A stretch of 64,000 bases of DNA, taken from contig NIVC01002017.1 of the NCBI GenBank assembly GCA_002269645.1, forward strand, positions 62,001 through 126,000, given 5' to 3'. The notes under the pieces are model-generated. The model had not been told where the DNA came from. It did no database searches and worked only from the letters and a program-made list of their open reading frames with translations. This document shows, one piece after another, positions 15,900 to 33,862 of this stretch (the stretch's first letter is position 1; each line of letters starts with the position of its first letter). A program made the translations under genes and the position numbers. The stretch comes from Macrostomum lignano. Lineage: Eukaryota.

Positions 15900-17075
15900 G
15901 CAATCAAGACTCTCTCCTTAGCAACGCAGATTCTACCTTGGCAACCAAGATTTTCTTCTTAGCAACGCAGATTCTACCTTAGCAACCAAGACTCTCTCCT
16001 TAACAACGCATATTCTACATTAGCAGCTCTCTTTGGCAACGCAGATTCTACCATAGCAACTGAGACTCTCTCCTTAGCAACGCAGATTCTACCTTAGCAA
16101 CCAAGACTCGCCTTAACAACGCATATTCTACATTAGCAACTCTCTTTAGCAACGCAGATTCTACCATAGCAACCAAGACTCTCTCCTTAATAACGCATAT
16201 TCTACATTAGCAACTCTCTTTAGCAACGCAGATTCTACCATAGCAACCAAGACTCTCTCCTTAATAACGCATATTCTACATTAGCAACTCTCTTTAGCAA
16301 CGCAGATTCTACCATAGCAACCAAGACTCTCTCCTTAATAACGCATATTCTACATTAGCAACTCTCTTTAGCAACGCAGATTCTACCATAGCAACCAAGA
16401 CTCTCTCCTTAATAACGCATATTCTACATTAGCAACTCTCTTTGGCAACGCAGATTCTACCATAGCAACTGAGACTCTCTCCTTAATAACGCATATTCTA
16501 CATTAGCAACTCTCTTTGGCAACGCAGATTCTACCATAGCAACTGAGACTCTCTCCTTAATAACGCATATTCTACATTAGCAACTCTCTTTGGCAACGCA
16601 GATTCTACCATAGCAACTGAGACTCTCTCCTTAATAACGCATATTCTACATTAGCAACTCTCTTTGGCAACGCAGATTCTACCATAGCAACTGAGACTCT
16701 CTCCTTAATAACGCATATTCTACATTAGCAACTCTCTTTGGCAACGCAGATTCTACCATAGCAACTGAGACTCTCTCCTTAATAACGCAGATTCTACCTT
16801 AGCAACCAAGACTCTCTCCTTAATAACGCATATTCTACATTAGCAACTCTCTTTGGCAACGCAGATTCTACCATAGCAACTGAGACTCTCTCCTTAATAA
16901 CGCAGATTCTACCTTAGCAACCAAGACTCTCTCCTTAATAACGCATATTCTACATTAGCAACTCTCTTTAGCAACGCAGATACTACCATAGCAACCAAGA
17001 CTCTCTCCCTAGCAACGCATATTCTACCTTAACAACCAAGACTATCTCCGTAGCAACGCAGAATTTTCCTTACAA
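15900..17075. repeat. 74-bp composite minisatellite upstream of the eIF2D ATG, probably in a 5'-UTR intron
   Basis: 74-nt period (e.g. 16371 to 16445) built from related GCAAC/CTCTC subunits; candidate acceptor TTGCAG at ~15868-15873 and donor GTGAGT near 17216-17221 on the minus strand. Confidence 0.88.
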
Positions 17076-17563
17076 ACAATATTTGCTACATCAGCAAGCA
17101 ATACAAAACCCTGGGAACTTGGACCCTACCTAGGAAACAACTTATATCGATAGACCTCACATTAGCAAGCCCGAAATTCCAAATAGAGCCAAAAAAGAAA
17201 CAAAACAGAAAAATTACTCACTGATAATAGATCGGTCAGAAAGGTTTGTTAAAGTCTGACTTAGATAAAATTTAAATTAAACCAGTCAAAAACTTGCGCA
17301 CCAAAAAGTTCTCCCAGTAAAGTGTACAATTCGCAAAGGGGTGAGGTAACGAAAAAAATGATTGAATTGCAGGACGTCATTGACAACCGTTAAGAAATTA
17401 ACAATGCAAAAACATTACTACTTTTTTGTCTAAATTTAAGTAGTAACAACGAATGTTTCTTGTGGCAAAAAAATCGCTAAAATATGCTAAAATGCAATGC
17501 AGTTAAGCATTTGCAGAATAATATTTTCCACTATTCACTAAAACTAGAAGACAGAACTGCTGC

Positions 17564-18599
17564 CTACTCTTCAACAGGCGGAGACCTGTGCGAATACCAG
17601 GACAGGAACACGTCCCACACGGCGGCCAGGCCTGTCACAAAGAACAGCCGCAGCCTAGTTGGCAGCCAATAGAAATTCACGGCCTGAGCGGCCGGCCACA
17701 CGCAGGCTTCGACAGCCAGGGCGGTGGGAAATTTATCCCGACAGTAATACAGGCTGTCGCGCCAGGACCGGCCTTCCATCAGAGGCAGGGCGGTGAAGAA
17801 GGCCAGGTTGAAGCAGACGCCAAACACCGCCTGGTCCAGCAGAATCTGCAGTGAAGAGGGTGGCGGGGAGCCTGAGGAATCAGGGAGGGACATATCGGGG
17901 AGCCTGAGGAATCAGGAAGGGGACATAGCGGGGAGCCTGAGGAATCAGGGAGGGGACATGGCGGGGAGCCTGAGGAATCAGGGAGGGGACATAGCGGGGA
18001 GCCTGAGGAATCAGGGAGGGGACATAGCGGGGAGCCTGAGGAATCAGGGAGGGGACATAGCGGGGAGCCTGAGGAATCAGGGAGGGGACATAGCGGGGAG
18101 CCTGAGGAATCAGGGAGGGGACATAGCGGGGAGCCTGAGGAATCAGGGAGGGGACATAGCGGGGAGCCTGAGGAATCAGAAAGGGGACATAGCGGGGAGC
18201 CTGAGGAATCAGGGAGGGGACATAGCGGGGAGCCTGAGGAATCAGGAAGAACTACGGACAGAAGCCAAACGCTACCTTGGCCAGCATAGTTCCAGGTGTC
18301 CGTCCAGGCAACCGCCTGTCCAGCGTAAGGTACCAATAGTGAGCCGGCACGGCCCCAATCAGGCCAATCAGGCCCAGCCTGCCGGAGCGGCGCCAATCGT
18401 GCGCCCTAATGGCGCTGCTACCGCCAGCCAGAGTTTCAATTCGTTGAGCGGCGCAATCGGCCAGAACGAAGAGGCTGCCAGCTGTGGCGCAGTTCGTTGC
18501 TAAGAGGTAACGCGGCGAATAGGCCGCTGCCAGGAGGCGCTTGGCTGCTAGCTGCCAGGACTGCAATGGTGGGATTGCATTGTTTGAGGTATTTCCCAT
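17564..18599 (-). CDS. MPV17L2: Mpv17/PMP22-family membrane protein, MPV17L2-like, copy 1; exons 18599-18276, 17845-17564
   Basis: YLLATNCATAGSLFVLAD, HYWYLTLDRRLP, K|ILLDQ, VWPAAQAVNF, WDVFLSW; phase-0 GT..AG intron. Confidence 0.88.
17866..18248. repeat. 33-bp repeat in the MPV17L2 intron (GGGGACATAGCGGGGAGCCTGAGGAATCAGGGA)
   Basis: About 11-12 near-identical units; source of the GGDIAGSLRNQ ORF. Confidence 0.95.
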
Positions 18600-18679
18600 T
18601 GGAATTTTTTGTTTCTGGGATTAGTGCCAAAGTATTTGGGATTCGGACGGTTGGGATCTGGGCTTATTGTGTCATATCC

Positions 18680-19440
18680 ATGGGAATTTGGAAGGTTGGA
18701 ATAGTGGCAGATGGGGATTTGGAAGGTTGGAATAGTGGCAGATCGGAATTTGGAAGGTTGGAATAGTGGCAGATGGGGATTTGGAAGGTTGGAATAGTGG
18801 CAGATCGGAATTTGGAAGGTTGGAATAGTGGCAGATGGGGATTTGGAAGGTTGGAATAGTGGCAGATGGGAATTTGGAAGGTTGGGATAGTGGCAGATGG
18901 GGATTTGGAAGGTTGGGATAGTGGCAGATGGGAATTTGGAAGGTTGGAATAGTGGCAGATAGGAATTTGGAAGGTTGGAATAGTGGCAGATGGGGATTTG
19001 GAAGGTTGGGATAATGGCAGATGGGAATTTAGAAGGTTGGAATAGTGGCAGATGGGGATTTGGAAGGTTGGAATAGTGGCAGATGGGGATTTGGAAGGTT
19101 GGGATAGTGGCAGATAGGTATTTGGAAGGTTGCAATAGTGGTAGATGGGGATTTGGAAGGTTGGGATAGTGGTGGATAGGGATTAAATGAATGGATGGGA
19201 TAATGGCATGGCAGATAGAGATTGAATGGTTGGGATAATGGCAGATACTGATTAAATGAATGGTTGGGATAGTGGCATGGGCATGGCAGATAGAGATTTG
19301 AATGGTTGGGATAATGGCAGATATTGATTAAATAAATGGTTGGGATAATGGCAAATAGGGTTTTGGATAATTAGGAAAGTGGTAGATAGGGATTTAGAAG
19401 GTTGGGATAATGAAGATAGGGATCTAGGCAGTTGGAATAG
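18680..19440. repeat. 31-bp repeat upstream of the MPV17L2 ATG (GAAGGTTGGAATAGTGGCAGATGGGGATTTG)
   Basis: Visible units, decaying after ~19150. Confidence 0.9.
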
Positions 19441-21559
19441 GGCCTATATGAATATAAATATTAGCTTTATATCAAATAATGAATATACTATAAACTTTAT
19501 ATAGAAGTAAAAACTAAATAATTATATTATTAATATTAGCATTATACAAGCTAAGGGAAATATTCTGCTAGCATCCAAAAAGTAATTAATTATTATCCCT
19601 CATATAGTTACATAATTGAGAAGTCAAGTAATTATCTTACCAATGGGATGCACATAGCTATTTTCTTATAATATTCTTCTGAATTTTTTTAATGCAATCA
19701 TTAAAATTGGTTATAGAGTCTCTTGAATGCATGCACACTGAAAAAATAGAAAATTAGCTTTATAAGTTTTGCAGCTGATCTTACTCTTTCTTTTAAAAAG
19801 TGGTTTCATCTGTTGGCAGGCAAAAAGGAGGTAGACAAAAGGACTGCAAACCCCAATTTATGCATATTTCATATCTTTTGATGAAGAAATGGTAAAATTG
19901 CTTGAACTGTTTGGGAGATATAATAGATTGCATATATATACAAAGGCTTTTTTCATTTTTAGTATATTATTTTAGTATATTGGAATTTTTAATGCTGACT
20001 TACTAATACTATAGTCTAAGAAGAAATTTAGCAACAAACATACACATAAACAAATAAATATTAATAGACTTTTAGTATATTTAAGGCTATAAGCTTAAAA
20101 GTATTTATAATCAAAAATGCAATTAAATTTTAAAATCTAAGTTTATGTAGGCCCCTAATTAGTTAGCTTGAATTATGAATTCATATAATTTACAACAATT
20201 TATATTTTTTATAATCAAATTAATATTGTTATACTGTTATATTAAACTTTTTCATAATTGTTTAATGTTTATAAACTAATATAGAATAATATTTTGTATA
20301 TAACTATAAAGTATTAAAGTAAAATAGCATTAGTTTATGCTTTAGACTTATGCTTTAGCATTAGATAAAATGCCTAAGGCAAAAAATAAAATGATATATG
20401 TAACAATGAGTAATGAGAAAGGATTATGTTGTATTTCTACTTAAATTATAATAAATTATTACAAGCCTCTTTCATTTTATTGCATGTCTTATTGTTGATA
20501 CTACTTTACTAATCAGTAATCACTAATCAATTTAAAATTTACCTAGACCTAGGCTAGTTCTTTCAGGATGACATTATTCGACTTAATAAATAGGCCATCT
20601 AGCTGGCTAGCCAACTGATAGCAATGCCAAGCTTACAATTAAAGATGTAGACTTTTAGAAAGTACTTTAAACATATGATTTGTAATTCGAATCTTCGACG
20701 CAATACAGGCGAAATAGCGAAAATACTAGTAGGGCTTCGGCCCCCAGCTGGACACAGACGGGCGCGCGCGCTCGCCGCGATAATTACCAAACGACGACTT
20801 TGAATATGCGCGATATAGATGATTAAACTGACGACCGCCGATCATTGCTTACAATTGAAGCTAACAATGTGTCTTTGTTCGGATATTGGACCAAAATTCT
20901 CTTATAAATTGCGACACTTTCTGGATAAACAAACACATCCATAGGGTGTTTAAGTTACTTAATTGCTCTGGGAAATTTTTCGTTTATAACAGATATAACC
21001 AAACAAACGAGCGCATGGACAAACAACATTTATATAGAGTGGTTCTCTATAAAAATATTTTCTCTGCGAACTTTTTCGTTTATAACAGCTAGCCTACACC
21101 AGCTTCTAGGTCAGGTAAGTCCCCGACTGCTACTGGTACCATATGTAAACCATGCAGTTAATACATGTCTGTTGGTGGAATGATCGGCGAGTTATAATCG
21201 GCCCCCAATAGTTCAGCCTATACTAATTAGGAGTGTGTCTGGACACGTTGCAGTGCAGGATGAAAAACAAGACCTGCCAAAAGGCGGATGAACTCATGAG
21301 TCAACGGCTATCCAGCTAGAGATGATGTCTCAACAACATTAACTGAGGCAGCAAGCTATGGCAAACTATACTGCCGTCATCTTGACCCACATTACCAAAA
21401 AGCTGATGAGGGTTCGAATGATGAGCGCGAAACAGAGATTACGACCACGTTGAGATCTCTGAAGTTCAGTGCGGGGCTTTGTTGAGGACTGTGGTGCCCG
21501 AAATGCCATTCTCGCTGTTCGATTCCTGAGTGAAAGAGCTATATTGAAATGAAGAAGAA

Positions 21560-27103
<5,544 letters not shown>

Positions 27104-27328
27104 TCCTTGTGCTCTTTTACCTTGGGGTTGCGATAGGGGCCTCGCGGCCTATTCGCGGCGCCTGCGCCCCCCGTCAGTAGTAAGTAAGTAAGTAAGTTGG
27201 CCATATTATGAGAAAGGGAGGAATGGAAGATTAAAGGAAGCTGGAGATCGTGGAAGACAGGCAGCAAGCTTTCTAAAGAACCTGTCTCAATGAATGAACA
27301 TGAACAGCTTGGAAATGACTTCACGCCC

Positions 27329-27330
<2 letters not shown>

Positions 27331-27416
<86 letters not shown>
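27331..27416. repeat. (GA)n microsatellite; shorter paralogous copy at 32659-32735
   Basis: Directly visible. Confidence 0.95.
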
Positions 27417-27419
<3 letters not shown>

Positions 27420-28186
27420 GGAGAGCCTAAACTTGCAGGCGTTGGAAAGCATCCGACATATGGTGCATGTACATTTATACATACATTGGCAATTTGGCAC
27501 TGCTTTGGTGGCACGCGCGCATGAATATGCATATAAATTCATGTCAACAAAGTCATTTAAAGGGATGGATTTCGATTTTTTTCTGAAGTAAACTGCTCAC
27601 TCATTATATTAGCGGTTTGCTCAAAAGAACAGTTGTTGACAAAAGTATCTCGAAATTTATAAAACGCGAGCTGGCGTATTAGCTAGGGAATCTAGGGGAT
27701 CTAGGGGATTTCGCTGTTTATTCAAAGAATGCAAAGCTTTTTGAGATATTGAATATTTAAAGATTTCAATTGCAAGCTTCATTAACCAGGTTAATTGTAA
27801 CCCTGAACCTTAGACCCGGAAAGTTTATTGGTAGACTTGAAGAGTTTTAAGACTGTATGTGATACAACTGCAAACAAAAACATTTACAACTTCCTCCTAT
27901 ATATGGCCGCAACGAACGCCCATGTCAGCCAATCTTCAGTGCCGAAGTGCCTCCTTGAGAAAAAAAATCGAGAGATCTTTGCGTTCCTCTGCAAGTGTCT
28001 CTGAGTCAATGCTCAACAAAGATAATTGCGCCTGATACTAACTTACTAAATCCATGCATCCTAAGAATCCAATCTCTTTCGTTCACGCCAAAGAAGCTTG
28101 CAACTGAATCCATCGATTTCAACACTCCGATCCCTTATAACGCCTAGCATTCTATTGTAACTCGGTTCAGTTAGAGTTGCTCATCG

Positions 28187-28921
28187 TTAATTATTGCAGC
28201 CGTCGTGGACGCACACAGCCAAACCTCTGTTACAGCTCGAGTCCACGGACGCCGCGCCCATCTCTTCGGACAGTTGCGCCACCTTGACTTCAGCTTCTTC
28301 TTCTACAGCAGCGGCAGCAACGGCAGCGTCGGCAGTCGTGGGGCCGACACTCTGGTCTCCGCGCAGCCACAGCTGATCGCCGATCACGTGATCAACCAGT
28401 ACGGCCCTGCCCCGGCCTCCGCTCTTTGCCAGCTCGGCCGCGGTGGCCGCCGCCCGGCCAACAGCCACAAACTGGCCAGCAAGCCGCAGGCAGCACGGAG
28501 CGCCGCGAGCTAACGAATCCGGCATCGGCGCCACCAAGCCCGGCGCCATCAGATCGGCGCCGTTCTGCAGCACCGACAACAGGCCGGAAGCGGCGTCAAC
28601 GCACGCGCCATTAGACATAAGCGGAGCGCGCCACAAGGCGTAGACAGTGGGGCGGAGGCCTTCACTAAAATTGTACAGTATTGGCTGGCCGGCTGCAAAG
28701 TACACGAAGCCCGTCTGGTCCGTGTGCGCCACAATCTTAGATTTGAACAGGTCGCACTTCCGGTTGCCACCGAGCAGGCGAATTTCCGCCTCGTCGCCTC
28801 CGGAAATTGCGAAAGCGTCTGGGTAGCAACGGCGAAGCTCGTCGAGCAGCTGCCGGCGCTCAGTGGATTTCAGCTTGGCGTGCGATTTGACGCGGAAGGG
28901 CTTGTGAAATAGACCGGGCAT
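28187..28921 (-). CDS. Chimeric truncated eIF2D: 231 aa of eIF2D exon 1 plus 13 aa (RGLAVCVHDGCNN) from the neighbouring Cys-rich gene
   Basis: Same protein sequence as the 15851 ORF up to SVDSSCN, then in frame with the C-terminus of the 33505 gene; junction at 28228-28229. Confidence 0.85.
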   Translation of the reverse strand: MPGLFHKPFRVKSHAKLKSTERRQLLDELRRCYPDAFAISGGDEAEIRLLGGNRKCDLFKSKIVAHTDQTGFVYFAAGQPILYNFSEGLRPTVYALWRAPLMSNGACVDAASGLLSVLQNGADLMAPGLVAPMPDSLARGAPCCLRLAGQFVAVGRAAATAAELAKSGGRGRAVLVDHVIGDQLWLRGDQSVGPTTADAAVAAAAVEEEAEVKVAQLSEEMGAASVDSSCNRGLAVCVHDGCNN

Positions 28922-29805
28922 TGTTGGGCTGTGGTTGCATCAATTGTTATCAAATTGGGAATTTACCCAGCAATCAAGACTCTCTCCTTAGCAACGCAGA
29001 TTCTACCTTAGCAACCAAGACTCTCGCCTTAACAACGCATATTCTATATTAGCAACTCTCTTTAGCAACGCAGATTCTACCTTAGCAACCGAGACTCTCT
29101 CCTTAATAACGCATATTCTACATTAGCAACTCTCTTTAGCAACGCAGATTCTACCATAGCAACCGAGACTCTCTCCTTAATAACGCATATTCTACATTAG
29201 CAACTCTCTTTAGCAACGCAGATACTACCATAGCAACCGAGACTCTCTCCCTAGCAACGCATATTCTACCTTAACAACCAAGACTCTCTCCGTAGCAACG
29301 CAGAATTTTCCTTACAAACAATATTTGCTACATCAGCAAGCAATACAAAACCCTGGGAACTTGGACCCTACCTAGGAAACAACTTATATCGATAGACCTC
29401 ACATTAGCAAGCCCGAAATTCCAAATAGAGCCAAAAAAGAAACAAAACAGAAAAATTACTCACTGATAATAGATCGGTCAGAAAGGTTTGTTAAAGTCTG
29501 ACTTAGATAAAATTTAAATTAAACCAGTCAAAAACTTGCGCATCAAAAAGTTCTCCCAGTAAAGTGTACAATTCGCAAAGGGGTGAGGTAACGAAAAAAA
29601 TGATTGAATTGCAGGACGTCATTGACAACCGTTAAGAAATTAACAATGCAAAAACATTACTACTTTTTTGTCTAAATTTAAGTAGTAACAACGAATGTTT
29701 CTTGTGGAAAAAAAATCGCTAAAATATGCTAAAATGCAATGCAGTTAAGCATTTGCAGAATAATATTTTCCACTATTCACTAAAACTAGAAGACAGAACT
29801 GCTGC

Positions 29806-30775
29806 CTACTCTTCAACAGGCGGAGACCTGTGCGAATACCAGGACAGGAACACGTCCCACACGGCGGCCAGGCCTGTCACAAAGAACAGCCGCAGCCTAG
29901 TTGGCAGCCAATAGAAATTCACGGCCTGAGCGGCCGGCCACACGCAGGCTTCGACAGCCAGGGCGGTGGGAAATTTATCCCGACAGTAATACAGGCTGTC
30001 GCGCCAGGACCGGCCTTCCATCAGAGGCAGGGCGGTGAAGAAGGCCAGGTTGAAGCAGACGCCAAACACCGCCTGGTCCAGCAGAATCTGCAGTGAAGAG
30101 GGTGGCGGGGAGCCTGAGGAATCAGGGAGGGACATATCGGGGAGCCTGAGGAATCAGGAAGGGGACATAGCGGGGAGCCTGAGGAATCAGGGAGGGGACA
30201 TAGCGGGGAGCCTGAGGAATCAGGGAGGGGACATAGCGGGGAGCCTGAGGAATCAGGGAGGGGACATAGCGGGGAGCCTGAGGAATCAGGGAGGGGACAT
30301 AGCGGGGAGCCTGAGGAATCAGGGAGGGGACATAGCGGGGAGCCTGAGGAATCAGGGAGGGGACATAGCGGGGAGCCTGAGGAATCAGGGAGGGGACATA
30401 GCGGGGAGCCTGAGGAATCAGGAAGAACTACGGACAGAAGCCAAACGCTACCTTGGCCAGCATAGTTCCAGGTGTCCGTCCAGGCAACCGCCTGTCCAGC
30501 GTAAGGTACCAATAGTGAGCCGGCACGGCCCCAATCAGGCCAATCAGGCCCAGCCTGCCGGAGCGGCGCCAATCGTGCGCCCTAATGGCGCTGCTACCGC
30601 CAGCCAGAGTTTCAATTCGTTGAGCGGCGCAATCGGCCAGAACGAAGAGGCTGCCAGCTGTGGCGCAGTTCGTTGCTAAGAGGTAACGCGGCGAATAGGC
30701 CGCTGCCAGGAGGCGCTTGGCTGCTAGCTGCCAGGACTGCAATGGTGGGATTGCATTGTTTGAGGTATTTCCCAT
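29806..30775 (-). CDS. MPV17L2: MPV17L2-like gene, copy 2; exons 30775-30452, 30087-29806
   Basis: Translated ORFs identical to copy 1; the intron has two fewer 33-bp units. Confidence 0.85.
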
Positions 30776-31683
30776 TGGAATTTTTTGTTTCTGGGATTAG
30801 TGCCAAAGTATTTGGGATTCGGACGGTTGGGATCTGGGCTTATTGTGTCATATCCATGGGAATTTGGAAGGTTGGAATAGTGGCAGATGGGGATTTGGAA
30901 GGTTGGCGACGACGACGACGACTTTGAATATGCGCGATATAGATGATTAAACTGACGACCGCCGATCATTGCTTACAATTGAAGCTAACAATGTGTCTTT
31001 GTTCGGATATTGGACCAAAATTCTCTTATAAATTGCGACACTTTCTGGATAAACAAACACATCCATAGGGTGTTTAAGTTACTTAATTGCTCTGGGAAAT
31101 TTTTCGTTTATAACAGATATAACCAAACAAACGAGCGCATGGACAAACAACATTTATATAGAGTGGTTCTCTATAAAAATATTTTCTCTGCGAACTTTTT
31201 CGTTTATAACAGCTAGCCTACACCAGCTTCTAGGTCAGGTAAGTCCCCGACTGCTACTGGTACCATATGTAAACCATGCAGTTAATACATGTCTGTTGGT
31301 GGAATGATCGGCGAGTTATAATCGGCCCCCAATAGTTCAGCCTATACTAATTAGGAGTGTGTCTGGACACGTTGCAGTGCAGGATGAAAAACAAGACCTG
31401 CCAAAAGGCGGATGAACTCATGAGTCAACGGCTATCCAGCTAGAGATGATGTCTCAACAACATTAACTGAGGCAGCAAGCTATGGCAAACTATACTGCCG
31501 TCATCTTGACCCACATTACCAAAAAGCTGATGAGGGTTCGAATGATGAGCGCGAAACAGAGATTACGACCACGTTGAGATCTCTGAAGTTCAGTGCGGGG
31601 CTTTGTTGAGGACTGTGGTGCCCGAAATGCCATTCTCGCTGTTCGATTCCTGAGTGAAAGAGCTATATTGAAATGAAGAAGAA

Positions 31684-32650
31684 TCTGTACGTAGTTGTGT
31701 TTTATGGACTATGCAAAGGCCTTTGATAGTGTCAGACATGAAGAATTGATGAAGATGTTCGAAGAAATTTGACATTGATGGAAAAGACCTTCGAGTTCTT
31801 AGCAATCTGCATTGGAAGCAAAGCGCGGCTATAAAGATTGACTGAACTGACAAAGTTTGCGGTGACTAAGAAAGGTGTCAGGCAAGGCTTTGTCCTCTCT
31901 CCTGGTGTATTCAACCTGTACAGTAAGAAGATTCTGTGAGAGATTGGAGACCTACCAGGACTCGTCATTGGAAGACAGAACTTGACCAAAATGAGATATG
32001 CTGATGAGACAGTGCTCATTACGAAAACGGAAGAGAAGTTGCAAGAAACAGAGTGGTGCGAGCCACTGGAAAGTGAGAAGATGGGTTCAGAAGGCATTGG
32101 TTGCTACCAAACAGAAGCTTCAGTACGCAACATTACCATAAATGGTGAACATGCGAAGCAAGTTTGCAAATGTAACTATTTAGGGAGTTTAATAACTTCG
32201 GGTGGAAAATGTGAACACGGAGAATCAAACGGAGAATCAGCATGGCAAAGGATGCCTTCCATGCAGCAGATGAAAAAATCCAGACAAATGGGTAAGTCGA
32301 AGAAGTTAAGAATTCTTGTCTGCTGTCTCCCTGTTCTCACACATGGGTCGGAGTGCTCAACAATAACACCGGCAATGGAGAAAAGAATCGAGGAAGAGGA
32401 ATTGTGGTTCTCGAGGTGAATTCTCAAAGTGAGCTGGGTCAGTCACAGAGAATGAAGATGTTCTGCTGGTTGTAGAAGGAAGTTGATAGCGAAAATTCGG
32501 AGATGGTAGAGTAGATGGAGTTCTTTGGCCATATTATGAGAAAGGGAGGAATGGAAGATTAAAGGAAGCTGGAGATCGTGGAAGACAGGCAGCAAGCTTT
32601 CTAAAGAACCTGTCTCAATGAATGAACATGAACAGCTTGGAAATGACTTC
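31684..32650 (+). mobile_element. Degenerate RTE fragment, copy 2, uninterrupted (LINE empty site)
   Basis: Same sequence as 21560-22413 joined directly to the sequence that follows 27209. Confidence 0.8.
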
Positions 32651-32656
32651 ACGCCC

Positions 32657-32737
<81 letters not shown>

Positions 32738-33504
32738 GGAGAGCCTAAACTTGCAGGCGTTGGAAAGCATCCGACATATGGTGCATGTACATTTATACAT
32801 ACATTGGCAATTTGGCACTGCTTTGGTGGCACGCGCGCATGAATATGCATATAAATTCATGTCAACAAAGTCATTTAAAGGTATGGATTTCGATTTTTTT
32901 CTGAAGTAAACTGCTCACTCATTATATTAGCGGTTTGCTCAAAAGAACAGTTGTTGACAAAAGTATCTCGAAATTTATAAAACGCGAGCTGGCGTATTAG
33001 CTAGGGAATCTAGGGGATCTAGGGGATTTCGCTGTTTATTCAAAGAATGCAAAGCTTTTTGAGATATTGAATATTTAAAGATTTCAATTGCAAGCTTCAT
33101 TAACCAGGTTAATTGTAACCCTGAACCTTAGACCCGGAAAGTTTATTGGTAGACTTGAAGAGTTTTAAGACTGTATGTGATACAACTGCAAACAAAAACA
33201 TTTACAACTTCCTCCTATATATGGCCGCAACGAACGCCCATGTCAGCCAATCTTCAGTGCCGAAGTGCCTCCTTGAGAAAAAAAATCGAGAGATCTTTGC
33301 GTTCCTCTGCAAGTGTCTCTGAGTCAATGCTCAACAAAGATAATTGCGCCTGATACTAACTTACTAAATCCATGCATCCTAAGAATCCAATCTCTTTCGT
33401 TCACGCCAAAGAAGCTTGCAACTGAATCCATCGATTTCAACACTCCGATCCCTTATAACGCCTAGCATTCTATTGTAACTCGGTTCAGTTAGAGTTGCTC
33501 ATCG

Positions 33505-33862
33505 TTAATTATTGCAGCCGTCGTGGACGCACACAGCCAAACCTCTGGGCTCGTACCAGCGTCGAACCGATTCGTCCGGCGGCTGTCTCGACTGGACGCA
33601 GCCGCGCATGACTCGGCCAGCGCGAACCGGCCAGTTGTACAGCTGCTTGACGGCCGATTCGCCCAGGCGGGTCAGGCGGCCGCGAAAGCAGAATGGCTTG
33701 TCAGCGTCGCAGCGCTCGAGGCTGTCACGCAGGACGCCGCTCGCCTGGTCAAGTCGGGTCACGAAGCAGCGCCTGCTGAAGGCGGCGTCAACTTCGAAGG
33801 CGACCTGCAGGCTCAGAAGCAGAGCGACAGCAGCCGCCGAGACCGGGGACTTTAGGAGAGCC
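33505..33862 (-). CDS. Terminal exon of a small secreted Cys-rich protein (Ly6/uPAR three-finger-like C-x4-C-N end); start exon not located
   Basis: Extending the 33762 ORF upstream gives ALLKSPVSAAAVALLLSLQVAFEVDA (signal-like), then 6 Cys ending CVHDGCNN; pyrimidine-rich acceptor TCTCCACTCAG at 33863. Confidence 0.55.

Larger units (their letters stand above)
28228..33547. repeat. Second copy of a tandem segmental duplication (first copy 15158-28229)
   Basis: Near-identical sequence and ORF track over eIF2D exon 1, MPV17L2, the RTE fragment and downstream DNA; lacks the LINE and 18731-20791. Confidence 0.95.

Noticed and set aside
17866-18248. Regular ~31-34-bp arrays as possible CRISPR repeats
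   Set aside because: Units are contiguous with no unique spacers, the context is eukaryotic introns, and there are no cas genes.
17793-18503. 236-aa GGDIAGSLRNQ repeat ORF (and the 30035-30679 copy)
   Set aside because: Antisense reading of the 33-bp MPV17L2 intron repeat; open only because the unit is a stop-free multiple of 3.
27287-27591. Poly-ER / poly-SL ORFs
   Set aside because: (GA)n microsatellite translations.
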